Of a DNA stretch of 64,000 bases, positions 50,596-59,696 are shown in pieces. Made by a program: the position numbers and the translations under genes. The DNA lies in contig NZ_JABEZU010000005.1 in assembly GCF_013149785.1 (NCBI RefSeq), forward strand, positions 1 to 64,000, in the 5' to 3' direction. The notes beneath the pieces were generated by a model, which ran no database searches, was not told where the DNA came from, and saw only the letters and a program-made list of their open reading frames with translations. Position 1 is the stretch's first letter, and every line of letters starts with the position of its first letter. Source of the DNA: Isoptericola halotolerans (GTDB lineage Bacteria > Actinomycetota > Actinomycetes > Actinomycetales > Cellulomonadaceae).

Positions 50596-51318
50596 TCAGC
50601 AGGCGCCGAGGTCGCGCCAGACGCCCCACTCACCGGCGGACGCGGGGTCCTCGCCGCGGGTCCACCACGCGGCCTGGTACGTGCGGCCGTCGTGGGAGAC
50701 CTGGTCACCGTTGAGGTAGACCGCGGCGGGGTCCCAGGCGGCGGCCTCGCACTCACCGGGCTCGGGATCCGGCTCAGGGTCCGGGTCCGGGTCGGATCCG
50801 GACCCGCCGCCCACCGTCACGTCGACGCAGGCGTAGAACGCCATCGGGGTGTCCGCGACGTTCCAGCGGGCGAGGATCGTGTGGTCACCCGCGGGCAGGC
50901 TGTCGAGCGTGTGCTCGACGACGGCACCCGGCTGTGCGCCGCCGTCGTCGAACGTCCGGTGCAGCACGCCGTCGACGAAGTACTCCCACGTGCTGGTGGC
51001 GTGCCTCGCGGTGAGCTGCCACCGCATCGTCACCGAGGAGTCGACGGCGGTGCGCGGCCAGGCCAGGGTCGCGTCGTCGAGCACGTCGAAGCCGCTGCCT
51101 CCCGAGCACTCCATGGAGCCCTTGGGCGCCTCGACGCTCTGCGGTTCGTACTGGATACCACCGCAGTCGAACGACACGGTGCCGTTCGCGCAGTGGTCCT
51201 GGCGGCTCGGCGGGTTGGTGACCCAGCCGTGGGCTGCGGCGGTCGGTGCCACGGCCAGGGGGGCGAGCAGCGCCACCAGGCCGGTGACGGCGGTGACCAG
51301 TGCTGTGCGCCATCGCAT
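50596..51318 (-). CDS. AA10 lytic polysaccharide monooxygenase with C-terminal CBM5/12 chitin-binding module
   Basis: Signal peptide AAA|HG (His1), YEPQSVE, ARHAT, FYAC; PD/PE linker; AWDPAAVYLNGDQVSHDG..YQAAWWT. Confidence 0.92.
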   Translation of the reverse strand: MRWRTALVTAVTGLVALLAPLAVAPTAAAHGWVTNPPSRQDHCANGTVSFDCGGIQYEPQSVEAPKGSMECSGGSGFDVLDDATLAWPRTAVDSSVTMRWQLTARHATSTWEYFVDGVLHRTFDDGGAQPGAVVEHTLDSLPAGDHTILARWNVADTPMAFYACVDVTVGGGSGSDPDPDPEPDPEPGECEAAAWDPAAVYLNGDQVSHDGRTYQAAWWTRGEDPASAGEWGVWRDLGAC

Positions 51319-51426
51319 CAGACATCTCCTGTTCGTCGGGTCTCTGGACGGACCCGACGCTAGGCCGGGGCAACCACGGCGCACATCAGGTGAAACGCGT
51401 CAACCGTCGACGGCCGTACGGGATCT

Positions 51427-51450
51427 CGCGTACCGGCGAGCCGGTACGCG
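51427..51450. terminator. Hairpin downstream of the phosphotransferase gene
   Basis: CGCGTACCGGC / GCCGGTACGCG. Confidence 0.6.
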
Positions 51451-51466
51451 GGCAGGGGCGACGGGT

Positions 51467-52210
51467 TCAGCCCAGCTCCCACAGCTCGCGGTAGAAGGCG
51501 ATCCGCTCCTGGTCGGGTGCCACGCCGTACGCGTCGAAGAGCGCGGCCTCGTGGTCGCCGACGTAGTTCCAGCCGAGGCTCATGCTCGCCACCGCGAGGT
51601 CCGCCCAGCGGTCGGCCACCCCGAGCGTCCCGAGGTCGACGTGACCGGCAGGGGTGGCGTCGTCGGCCACGAGCGTGTTGGGCGCACAGGCGTCGCCGTG
51701 ACACACCACGGGGCGGTCCACCTCCGGGACCGGTCCGAGCGCCTCGCGATCCGCGTCGTCGAGCCGGCTGATGCGTTCCTCGGCGCTCCAGGTGAACGGG
51801 CAGTCGTCGACGGGCAGCGCGTCGTGCAGGGTGCGCAGGCCGGCGCCGATCGCCCGGGCGGCGTCGTCGGGCCGGTCGCGCCAGACCGGGTCGACGGCGG
51901 ACCGCCCTGGCAGCCCGGTCGTGACGAGCCACGAGCCGTCGATGTCGCGGCCGCGGGAGAGCACCCGGGGGACGACGGCGTGGCGCGCCGCCCAGGCCAG
52001 TCGTTCGGCCTCGGCGTCGAGGTCGAGCTCGGGCGTGCCGGCCGCCACCCACTTGGCGTACCGCACGCTGCCGGGGCCGGAGAGCCGGAAGGTCAGGCCG
52101 CCGAGCTCGTTGCGCCAGACGGGCGTGACGTCGTCGTCGGCGGCGAGCCGCAGGATGGGTGGCGGGACCGTGACCGGCCCGGTGGGAGCGGCGGCGAGCG
52201 GACGGTCCAT
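51467..52210 (-). CDS. Aminoglycoside phosphotransferase-like kinase (APH(3')-like)
   Basis: WRNELGGLTF, EAERLAW, CHGDACAPN, DLG.LGVADRWADLA. Confidence 0.85.
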   Translation of the reverse strand: MDRPLAAAPTGPVTVPPPILRLAADDDVTPVWRNELGGLTFRLSGPGSVRYAKWVAAGTPELDLDAEAERLAWAARHAVVPRVLSRGRDIDGSWLVTTGLPGRSAVDPVWRDRPDDAARAIGAGLRTLHDALPVDDCPFTWSAEERISRLDDADREALGPVPEVDRPVVCHGDACAPNTLVADDATPAGHVDLGTLGVADRWADLAVASMSLGWNYVGDHEAALFDAYGVAPDQERIAFYRELWELG

Positions 52211-52218
52211 GCGGAGCA

Positions 52219-53205
52219 TCATCGCCGACGTCGGGCGCTCGCGGCCAGGGTATTCGTCGTGCGGCGTGCCGCTGCGGCCTCTCCCTGCTGGACCACCACC
52301 ACCCCGGCGAGCACGAGCGCACCGCCGGTGAGCTGCACCGGGCTCGGGAGCTGTCCGAGCAGGGCCCAGGCGAGCAGCACCGCGCTGAGCACCTCGAGCA
52401 GACCCATGAACGAGGAGGCTCGGGCGCCGAGCCGTCGCCCGGCGGCGATGCCGGTGACGTAGGCGACCCCTGCTGCCACGACACCCAGGACGGCGAGCGC
52501 CGACCACCACGGCAGGGTCGCGCCGCCGAGCGTCACGGGAGCGGTCGAGGCCGACATCGGGAGCAGCCCGACGGCGGCGAGCGCGCCGAGGGACAGCGTC
52601 CCGACGGTCAGTCCGCCGGCGGCGAGGCTCAGGGGCGGCAGGCCGGTGTCGGCGCGCGCGTTGAGCAGGAAGTACGCGGACGCCCCGATCATCGCGCCGA
52701 GCGCCCACGCGGTGCCGACGAGGGAGACGCGGGCCCCGGTGAGGTCCAGCACCAGCAGCAGGCCGACGAGGGCGAGGGCGACGCCGCCGAGCGTGGCCCG
52801 CGTCGGTCGCTGACCGCGGCGCAGCCACAGCCAGACGACGACGGCGGCCGGCGCGGAGTACTCGACGAGCAGCGCCGGGCCGACCTGCATGTGCTGCACG
52901 GCGACGAAGAAGCAGAACTGGGTGGCCGCCACGCCGAGCAGCCCGTAGGCGACGATCATCCGGGCGTTGCGTCGCACGACGTCCCAGCGCCCGTGCAGCG
53001 CCCTGATGCCGAGCGGCAGGACGACGAGCGCGCCGACCGCCATCCGCACGATGACGACGGCGCCCGGGCTCCAGCCGGTCTCGAACAGGGCGCCCGCCAG
53101 CGGTCCGGAGAGGCTGAAGGCGAGGGCCGAGACCACCGCGAGCAGCAGCCCGATGCGGGTCGCCGTGCTCCGTGAGCGCACCGCGTCAGGCGTCACTGAT
53201 CTCAT
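52219..53205 (-). CDS. EamA/DMT family transporter
   Basis: About ten TM segments in two EamA-like halves. Confidence 0.85.
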   Translation of the reverse strand: MRSVTPDAVRSRSTATRIGLLLAVVSALAFSLSGPLAGALFETGWSPGAVVIVRMAVGALVVLPLGIRALHGRWDVVRRNARMIVAYGLLGVAATQFCFFVAVQHMQVGPALLVEYSAPAAVVVWLWLRRGQRPTRATLGGVALALVGLLLVLDLTGARVSLVGTAWALGAMIGASAYFLLNARADTGLPPLSLAAGGLTVGTLSLGALAAVGLLPMSASTAPVTLGGATLPWWSALAVLGVVAAGVAYVTGIAAGRRLGARASSFMGLLEVLSAVLLAWALLGQLPSPVQLTGGALVLAGVVVVQQGEAAAARRTTNTLAASARRRR

Positions 53206-53243
53206 GGCTCGTGACGCTACGGGGGTCCTGATAATGTGTCAAG

Positions 53244-53783
53244 ATGCCGTTCACTCATGACACGGCGGGTGCGCTCCAGTCGGCGACCGAGCTCGTCAAC
53301 GCCGTCGAGCCGCCCGTCACCCTCGCCACGGTGGCCGACCTCGACGGGTTCTTCCGCAGGCACGGGTACACGGGCCGCCACGACGGCACCGAGGAAGAGC
53401 TGCGTGCCGTACTCGGCCTCGCCCCCCGCCTGCGTGATCTCCTCCTCGCCCCGCGGGACGACGTCGCCGGCCTCGTCAACGCCATGCTGTCGGAGGTCGG
53501 TGCGGTACCCCGCCTGGTGCGCCACGAGCACGAGGACTGGCACCTGCACGCGGTGGACGACGGCGCCCCGCTGGACCACCGGATCCTTGCCGAGACCGCG
53601 ATGGCGATGGTCGACGTCGTCCGCTCCGACGAGATGTCCCGGCTCGCCGTGTGCGCCGACACCGGCTGCGACGGGATCGTGCTCGACCTCTCGCGCAACC
53701 GGTCCCGGCGGTACTGCTCGACCACCTGCACCAACCGCAACGCCCAGGCGGCGCACCGGGCGCGCCGGGCCGGTGCCTCCTGA
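53244..53783 (+). CDS. CGNR zinc-finger (ABATE) protein
   Basis: WHLH; C...GC...DLSRNRSRRYCSTTCTNR; divergent from EamA. Confidence 0.85.
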   Translation: MPFTHDTAGALQSATELVNAVEPPVTLATVADLDGFFRRHGYTGRHDGTEEELRAVLGLAPRLRDLLLAPRDDVAGLVNAMLSEVGAVPRLVRHEHEDWHLHAVDDGAPLDHRILAETAMAMVDVVRSDEMSRLAVCADTGCDGIVLDLSRNRSRRYCSTTCTNRNAQAAHRARRAGAS

Positions 53784-53870
53784 CGAGCGGGTGAAACCTG
53801 TGTGCTGTCCGTCGAGCGGGACGTCCCCGGGGTCAGATGGACACATCGGTGTTGACCCGGGGGAGAGTTC

Positions 53871-54407
53871 ATGCGCACCAGCAGGATCATCCGAACGCTG
53901 ACGGCCGGTCTGCTGGCTGCGGGACTGGTGGGCTGTTCACTACCCGAGGACGAGACCTCGGGGCCGTCGGCCACCGACACGGAAGAGGCCCTCGAGGAGC
54001 AGACGGTCGAGGAGCAGGTTGTCGACGACGTCGAGGAGCCGCGCGAGGAGCCGGACGAAGGCGCCGAGCCCGAGTCCGAGCCTGAGCCTGAGCCCGAGCC
54101 CGAGTCCGAGCCGGACGAGACCGTCGCCGAGCGCAACGCCCGCGAGAGCGCCGTGTCCTACCTGGACTACTCCGGGTTCTCGAAGTCGGGGCTGATCGAG
54201 CAGCTGGAGTTCGAGGGCTACTCGACGCAGGACGCGACCTACGGGGTGAACGCCCTGGACGTGAGCTGGAAGGAGCAGGCTGTGCGCAGCGCCGAGTCCT
54301 ACCTGGACTACTCGACGTTCTCGCGGTCGGGGCTGATCGCCCAGCTCGAGTTCGAGGGCTACACGGCGGAACAGGCCGAGTACGGGGTCGACGCCGTCGG
54401 GCTCTGA
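53871..54407 (+). CDS. Ltp-family surface lipoprotein
   Basis: Lipobox LVGC, acidic EP linker, two repeats SYLDYS.FS.SGLI.QLEFEGY. Confidence 0.85.
   Translation: MRTSRIIRTLTAGLLAAGLVGCSLPEDETSGPSATDTEEALEEQTVEEQVVDDVEEPREEPDEGAEPESEPEPEPEPESEPDETVAERNARESAVSYLDYSGFSKSGLIEQLEFEGYSTQDATYGVNALDVSWKEQAVRSAESYLDYSTFSRSGLIAQLEFEGYTAEQAEYGVDAVGL
54066..54113 (+). repeat. Hexamer (GAGYCN)8 repeat encoding the EP/ES linker
   Basis: GAGCCC GAGTCC GAGCCT GAGCCT GAGCCC GAGCCC GAGTCC GAGCCG. Confidence 0.85.
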
Positions 54408-54452
54408 CCGCCCTGCCGCGGGTTCTCGAGGCAGCGCGGGTCTCAGTGCGGC

Positions 54453-55382
54453 TCAGGTCCCGTCGGCGAGCACGGTGTCGCACACCTCGAGCAGCCGCAC
54501 GCGCAGGCCCTGCGCGCGTTCGGCGAACCCTCGCTGGCGGCGCACGTACTCCGCCTTGCCCTCCGGTGTCTCGATCGCCACCGCCTCGATGCCGTAGCCC
54601 GAGACGTCGTACGGGGAGGCCGCCATGTCGGTGTACCGGATGTCGCGCGCCAGCTCGAACGCGTCCAGCAGCAGCTCGCCGGGCACGGCAGGCCCCAGCT
54701 TCGACGCCCACTTGTACAGGTCCATGTTGGCGTGCAGGCAGCCCGGCTGCTCCATGGCGACCTGGCGCTCGCGGCTGGGCCGCAGCTCGTTGGCGTCGCG
54801 GGCCTCGGGGGCGAAGAACCGGTAGGCGTCGAAGTGCGAGCACCCGACGCGGTGGGACTCCACCACCCTGTCCGTGCCGTCGTGCCCGAGGCGCAGCGGC
54901 AGCGGGTGCCGGTGGTCGCGGCCCGCGGCGGCGTCCCGGTAGACCATGGCCCACTCGTGCAGCCCGAAGCAGCCGAACGTCCCGGCCCGGGACCCTGTCG
55001 CACCGACCAGCGCCCGCACGTACCGCACGGCCTCGCCCCGGTCCGCGAGGAACGCCTCGACGTCGAGCGTGACGCCCGTCGCGCCGTCGGGCAGCGGCGT
55101 GCCGCGGTACCAGCGCCAGCCGTGGCGCTCGTCGTCGGCCGGCGCGGGGACCACGGCGCCCACCCCGGCGTGCCAGCGCCGCAGGTGGCTCACCCGCGTC
55201 GGGTAGTACGTGAACAGGAAGTCCTCGATCGCGTGCTTCTCACCGCGGTCGCGGGCGGCCCGCCAGACCACCGTCAGGGCGTCGGCGCGCTCGGCGTGCG
55301 TGGCGGCCCGGTCGCGCCATCCGGGCACGACGACGGTGCGCGGCTCGCGCTCGGGAGCTGCCGTCGGGGCAGGGCTGGTCAC
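54453..55382 (-). CDS. Conserved actinobacterial protein usually annotated 3-methyladenine DNA glycosylase
   Basis: DFLFTYY, CFGLHEWAMVY, CSHFDAYRFF, EQPGCLHANMDLYKW, DMAASPYD. Confidence 0.75.
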   Translation of the reverse strand: MTSPAPTAAPEREPRTVVVPGWRDRAATHAERADALTVVWRAARDRGEKHAIEDFLFTYYPTRVSHLRRWHAGVGAVVPAPADDERHGWRWYRGTPLPDGATGVTLDVEAFLADRGEAVRYVRALVGATGSRAGTFGCFGLHEWAMVYRDAAAGRDHRHPLPLRLGHDGTDRVVESHRVGCSHFDAYRFFAPEARDANELRPSRERQVAMEQPGCLHANMDLYKWASKLGPAVPGELLLDAFELARDIRYTDMAASPYDVSGYGIEAVAIETPEGKAEYVRRQRGFAERAQGLRVRLLEVCDTVLADGT

Positions 55383-55435
55383 CCTGCCAGCCTAGGCGGA
55401 CGGACGTATCATGGAGGAGACGGGAGGTGGTGACC

Positions 55436-55600
55436 ATGGCCACCATCGGAACGCAGTCGGACCTCGAGGCGGAGCAGGACGGCGTCAAGCCGACGCCGCA
55501 CGTGCCTCAGGACACCTGGATCCAGCAGCACGGACCCGCCGTCGGGCTCCTCGTCGGGCTGTCGGCCGTGCTGTGGACGCTGCTGCAGTACGCGGGCTGA
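55436..55600 (+). CDS. Small 54-aa membrane-anchored protein (absent from the ORF track)
   Basis: GGAGG at 55423-55427; MATIGTQSDLEAEQDGVKPTPHVPQDTWIQQHGPAVGLLVGLSAVLWTLLQYAG; mostly G/C third positions. Confidence 0.7.
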   Translation: MATIGTQSDLEAEQDGVKPTPHVPQDTWIQQHGPAVGLLVGLSAVLWTLLQYAG

Positions 55601-55640
55601 CGGGAGCGCGGCGCCCGTGAGCCCGCTCTAGGGTGCCGGT

Positions 55641-56480
55641 ATGCCGACTCTTCCCTTCCGCCAGGTCGACGTCTTCGGCGCGGCCCCGCTCGCCGGGAAC
55701 CCGGTCGCCGTCGTGCACGGCGCCGACGACCTGGCCGACGAGCAGATGGCCGCGTTCGCGCGGTGGACCAACCTGTCCGAGACCACCTTCCTGAGCGAGC
55801 CGACCCGGCCCGGCGCCGACTACCGCGTCCGCATCTGGACGCCCGGCGGCGAGCTGCCGTTCGCCGGCCACCCGACGCTCGGCACGGCGCACGCCTGGCT
55901 GGAGTCCGGGGGTGTCCCGGCCTCCGACGTCGCTGTCGTGCAGGAGTGCGGTGTCGGGCTGGTGACCGTCGCCCGGTCCTCCGACCGGCTCGCGTTCGCC
56001 GGCCCGCCGTTGCTCCGCTCCGGCCCGGTGGCGGGCGACGACCTGGACCGCGTCGTGCGAGCCCTGTGCATCGCGCGCGACGACGTCGTGGACGCCGCGT
56101 GGGTCGACAACGGCCCGGGATGGGTCGCGGTGCGGCTGGCCGACGCCGACGCCGTCCTCGCGCTGGCCCCCGACCTCGGTGCGTTCGGCGGCCTGAAGAT
56201 CGGGGCCGTGGGTCCGCACGCCCCCGGGGCCACCGACGCGGACGTCGAGGTGCGGGCCTTCGTGCCGGGCCTCGGCGTCCCGGAGGACCCCGTCACGGGC
56301 TCGCTCAACGCCGGGCTGGGGGAGTGGCTCGCCGGGTCGGTGCTGCCGGCCGGGTACGTCGCCTCGCAGGGCACCGTCCTCGGCCGGCGCGGTCGCGTCC
56401 ACGTCCGACGTGACGAGGACGGGACGGTGTGGGTCGGCGGGGCGACGGTCACCACGGTGCGCGGTGACGTGAGCTTCTGA
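55641..56480 (+). CDS. PhzF-family isomerase
   Basis: QVDVF, GNPVAVV, NLSETTF, ELPFAGHPTLG, EDPVTGS. Confidence 0.9.
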   Translation: MPTLPFRQVDVFGAAPLAGNPVAVVHGADDLADEQMAAFARWTNLSETTFLSEPTRPGADYRVRIWTPGGELPFAGHPTLGTAHAWLESGGVPASDVAVVQECGVGLVTVARSSDRLAFAGPPLLRSGPVAGDDLDRVVRALCIARDDVVDAAWVDNGPGWVAVRLADADAVLALAPDLGAFGGLKIGAVGPHAPGATDADVEVRAFVPGLGVPEDPVTGSLNAGLGEWLAGSVLPAGYVASQGTVLGRRGRVHVRRDEDGTVWVGGATVTTVRGDVSF

Positions 56481-56511
56481 GCCTTCGGGCCCGGACGGCG
56501 GCTCGTGCGCC

Positions 56512-57645
56512 TCAGGCGGCCGGGCGGTCCTCGCGCGGTGGTGGGGCGGTGCGCCGCGCGACCGCCGCGAACACCCGCTCCAGCGGCCCGCGCCCGAGCG
56601 ACGACCGCCACAGCGTCGCCACGACGAGAGTCACCAGCACCATGGCCAGCAACGGCCCGTTGGTCGTGGAGCCCACCAGGTCCCACCGCCAGATCGCGAC
56701 GATCTGCAGCGAGTACACGGTCAGTGCCATCGCCCCGACGGCGGCCAGCGGGGCGAGCGCCCAGACGCCGACGCGCCCGACGTACAGGCACGTCCCCAGC
56801 ACCGCCATGGCGAACCCGCCGGAGCCGAGCACCTCCAGGAACGTGTCGTCGTGGGGCCCGGCCTGGGCGAGGTGCCAGGCGGCGGACTCCGGCTCGAGCC
56901 GCGCCAGCCACCATGCCGAGACCAGGTAGCCGACCGCGGTGGCGCCGAGCCCGCCGAGCACGAGCCGGCGTCGCAGCCGGACCGAGCGCAGGTCGCAGCG
57001 CCCTATCGCCATCCCGGCGAGGACGTACGCCATCCACACCACCGCCGGGTAGTGGCCGGTCAGCAAGAAGTCGGTGAGGGCACCGGACCCGTCACGGGGT
57101 GGCCGCAGACCGGCGCTCGCCAGGAGCTCGGGGGCCCAGTACGCGACCGGTGGGCCGACGACGGCGACCACCGCAGCGGCGACGGCCAGACGTCGCGGGC
57201 CCCAGCGAAGGAAGGGCAGAGCCAGGACGAAGTAGGCCGCGTAGAAGCCGAGGATGAGCAGCACGCGGGTGCCGAGCAGGTCGAGCAGCCCGACGAGCGC
57301 GAGCAGGAGCACGGCCCGCACCAGCAGGCGGGCCCGGGCATGGACGAGCCGGTCCCCTGCCAGTGGTCGCGGCCCGCCGGTGACGACCCCCAGGGAGACC
57401 CCGGCGACCAGCGCGAACAGGATCGACGACCGGCCGTCCGCGACCTCGAGCCATGCCGCCGGTCCCTCGGCCACCCCCACGTGGGCCGCGAACATGCCCA
57501 GGACGGCGAGGCCTCGGGCGGCGTCGAGCCCTACCACGCGCCCCGGCCCGCCGCGCAGGCGCAGCCCGGCACGCTCCCACCAGGACGCGGCTGCACGCAC
57601 CGCGGGGGGAGCGTGTCGGTCCGGTGCGCCGTCGTCGGAGGTCAT
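56512..57645 (-). CDS. DUF418 / HGSNAT-like membrane protein
   Basis: GLDAARGLAVLGM, GRSSILFA, G.MALTVY, RGPLE. Confidence 0.8.
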   Translation of the reverse strand: MTSDDGAPDRHAPPAVRAAASWWERAGLRLRGGPGRVVGLDAARGLAVLGMFAAHVGVAEGPAAWLEVADGRSSILFALVAGVSLGVVTGGPRPLAGDRLVHARARLLVRAVLLLALVGLLDLLGTRVLLILGFYAAYFVLALPFLRWGPRRLAVAAAVVAVVGPPVAYWAPELLASAGLRPPRDGSGALTDFLLTGHYPAVVWMAYVLAGMAIGRCDLRSVRLRRRLVLGGLGATAVGYLVSAWWLARLEPESAAWHLAQAGPHDDTFLEVLGSGGFAMAVLGTCLYVGRVGVWALAPLAAVGAMALTVYSLQIVAIWRWDLVGSTTNGPLLAMVLVTLVVATLWRSSLGRGPLERVFAAVARRTAPPPREDRPAA

Positions 57646-57720
57646 GCGCCTGATGATCCCGCAGCGTCCGTCTCGTGAGAACAGCGTGTCCCGGCGCGGC
57701 GTGTTCACTAGGTTGTCCCC

Positions 57721-58689
57721 ATGAGCGATCTCTCGATGGAGTCCGAGCCCGAGTTCCCGGAGGCACCGAGCTTCGGCAGCCCGGCCGACGGACCGAACGG
57801 GAGCGCCTCCGACGAGCCGCACGGCGCGGCGCTCTCCGACGCGATCGAGGCGCCGAGCTCCCACCAGACGGTGCCGAGCCAGGAGTCCGAGTCCTACACG
57901 CACGGTCACCACGAGTCGGTGCTGCGCGCCCACCGCGCCCGTACCGCGCAGAACTCCGCCGGATTCCTGCTGCCGCACCTGCGCGACGACATGCACGTGC
58001 TGGACGTCGGCTGCGGCCCCGGCACCGTCACCACGGACCTCGGTCGCATCGTCGCGGGCGGCCGGGTGGTGGGCGTGGACGCGTCCGAGACCGTGCTGGA
58101 CGCGGCACGCTCGCACGCCGAGGCGATCGGTGCCCACAACGTCAGCTTCCAGCAGGCCAACGCGTACGAGCTGCCCTTCGACGACGACACCTTCGACGTC
58201 GTCTACGCCCACCAGCTGCTGCAGCACCTCTCGGACCCCGTGGCGGCGCTGCGGGAGATGAAGCGCGTCGCCAGGCCCGGCGGGCTCGTCGCCGTGCGCG
58301 ACGCCGACTACGCCGCGATGGCCTGGTACCCGGAGTCGGCGGGGCTGACCGAGTGGAACACGCTCTACCACGAGGTCACCCACGCCTACGGGTTCGAGCC
58401 TGACGCCGGCCGCCGCCTCTTCTCGTGGGTCCTCGACGCCGGGTTCGACGTCGTCGGTACCGTGCCGAGCGCGTCGTCGTGGTGCTACGCGACGCCGACC
58501 GACCGCGAGTGGTGGGGCCAGCTCTGGGCCGAGCGTTGCGTCGAGTCGAACTTCGCCCGCCAGGCCGTCGAGTCCAACCTGGCGGACGACGTCGCCCTCG
58601 AGCAGCTCGCGCAGGACTGGCTCACCTGGGCGCACTCGCCGGACGGCTGGTTCGCCATCCTGCACGGCGAGGTCCTCGCCCGCGCCTGA
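57721..58689 (+). CDS. Class I SAM-dependent methyltransferase
   Basis: YTHGHHESVLRAH, VLDVGCGPG, LPFDDDTFDVV, HQLLQHL. Confidence 0.9.
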   Translation: MSDLSMESEPEFPEAPSFGSPADGPNGSASDEPHGAALSDAIEAPSSHQTVPSQESESYTHGHHESVLRAHRARTAQNSAGFLLPHLRDDMHVLDVGCGPGTVTTDLGRIVAGGRVVGVDASETVLDAARSHAEAIGAHNVSFQQANAYELPFDDDTFDVVYAHQLLQHLSDPVAALREMKRVARPGGLVAVRDADYAAMAWYPESAGLTEWNTLYHEVTHAYGFEPDAGRRLFSWVLDAGFDVVGTVPSASSWCYATPTDREWWGQLWAERCVESNFARQAVESNLADDVALEQLAQDWLTWAHSPDGWFAILHGEVLARA

Positions 58690-58705
58690 AGGTCGCGCGC
58701 GTCGA

Positions 58706-59608
58706 TCAGTTCGTGACGACGAGGGTCTCGTACGTCATGAAGCCCGGCTCCAGTTCGAGCTGCACGTCGTCGACGTCGGCGACCATGAACGCCGTCGTGT
58801 ACGACAGGACCTTGCCCGGCTGGATCGACGAGCTCGCAAAGGTGTCGACGCCGTCGTCGTACACCAGCCCGGACTCGGAGCCCGCGGAGACCACGACCGG
58901 GAACAGCAGACTGGGCTCGAAGACCTCGTCGGTACCGTTGTCCACCGAGATCTCGAAGATCATCGGCGTGCCCTCGCCGTCGGCACCGACGGCGTACTCG
59001 CCCGGGGTGAACTCCTCGGGTCCCGACACGGTGATCGCCAGACCGTCGTCGTAGGTGAAGGTCTCGTCGAAGGAGACCACGCCGCCCATGCTCGCGCCCG
59101 AGGTGAGGTCGTCGAGGGCACCGGGGTCGACGCCGGCACCTTCGAGGCTCTGCTCGAGCTCGCGGAGCTGCTCGTCGTAGGTCGAGGAGAAGAACGCGGC
59201 GGTCGCCACCGTGATGAGCACCGAGGCCACGATCGCGACGACGGACAGCACCGTGCCGGTGATCGCCATCCCCTTGCCGCCGGCGGTGCCGCGCGACGAC
59301 TGGACGACGGCCACGATGCCGAGGACGGCTCCGACCAGGCCGAGGACGGCCGACCCGATGTTGAGGAACGGGATCCAGCAGCCGAGCAGGGCGAGGATGC
59401 CGAGCACGAGGGCGGCGATCGCCAGCCCCTTCTTCTCGGAGGCCGGGCGCGGCTCCTGGTACCCGTACGGCCCCGGCGCCGGTGGCTGGCCGGGATGCGT
59501 GGGCGGACCCTCGTACCCGGTGTACGGCGCCGCGGGGGCGGTGTGGTCGACGTAGGGGACGGGCCGGTGGTGACCCGAGGCCTGCGGGTCGTACGGGGGC
59601 GTGCTCAT
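58706..59608 (-). CDS. DUF4190-like membrane protein with beta-rich acidic C-terminal domain
   Basis: Pro/Tyr-rich N-terminus, GLAIAALVLGI...GKGMAITG. Confidence 0.75.
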   Translation of the reverse strand: MSTPPYDPQASGHHRPVPYVDHTAPAAPYTGYEGPPTHPGQPPAPGPYGYQEPRPASEKKGLAIAALVLGILALLGCWIPFLNIGSAVLGLVGAVLGIVAVVQSSRGTAGGKGMAITGTVLSVVAIVASVLITVATAAFFSSTYDEQLRELEQSLEGAGVDPGALDDLTSGASMGGVVSFDETFTYDDGLAITVSGPEEFTPGEYAVGADGEGTPMIFEISVDNGTDEVFEPSLLFPVVVSAGSESGLVYDDGVDTFASSSIQPGKVLSYTTAFMVADVDDVQLELEPGFMTYETLVVTN

Positions 59609-59696
59609 GCGTCGTCCTTCGTCGGGGGAGGGAAGTGATGAGGCTATCGGGCGCGACACCGTCGTCGACCGACCGGATCGGGTGAAATGTCGCTCC

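Noticed and set aside
55641..56480. phzF as evidence of phenazine biosynthesis
   Set aside because: No other phz genes; stand-alone PhzF-family isomerases are widespread.
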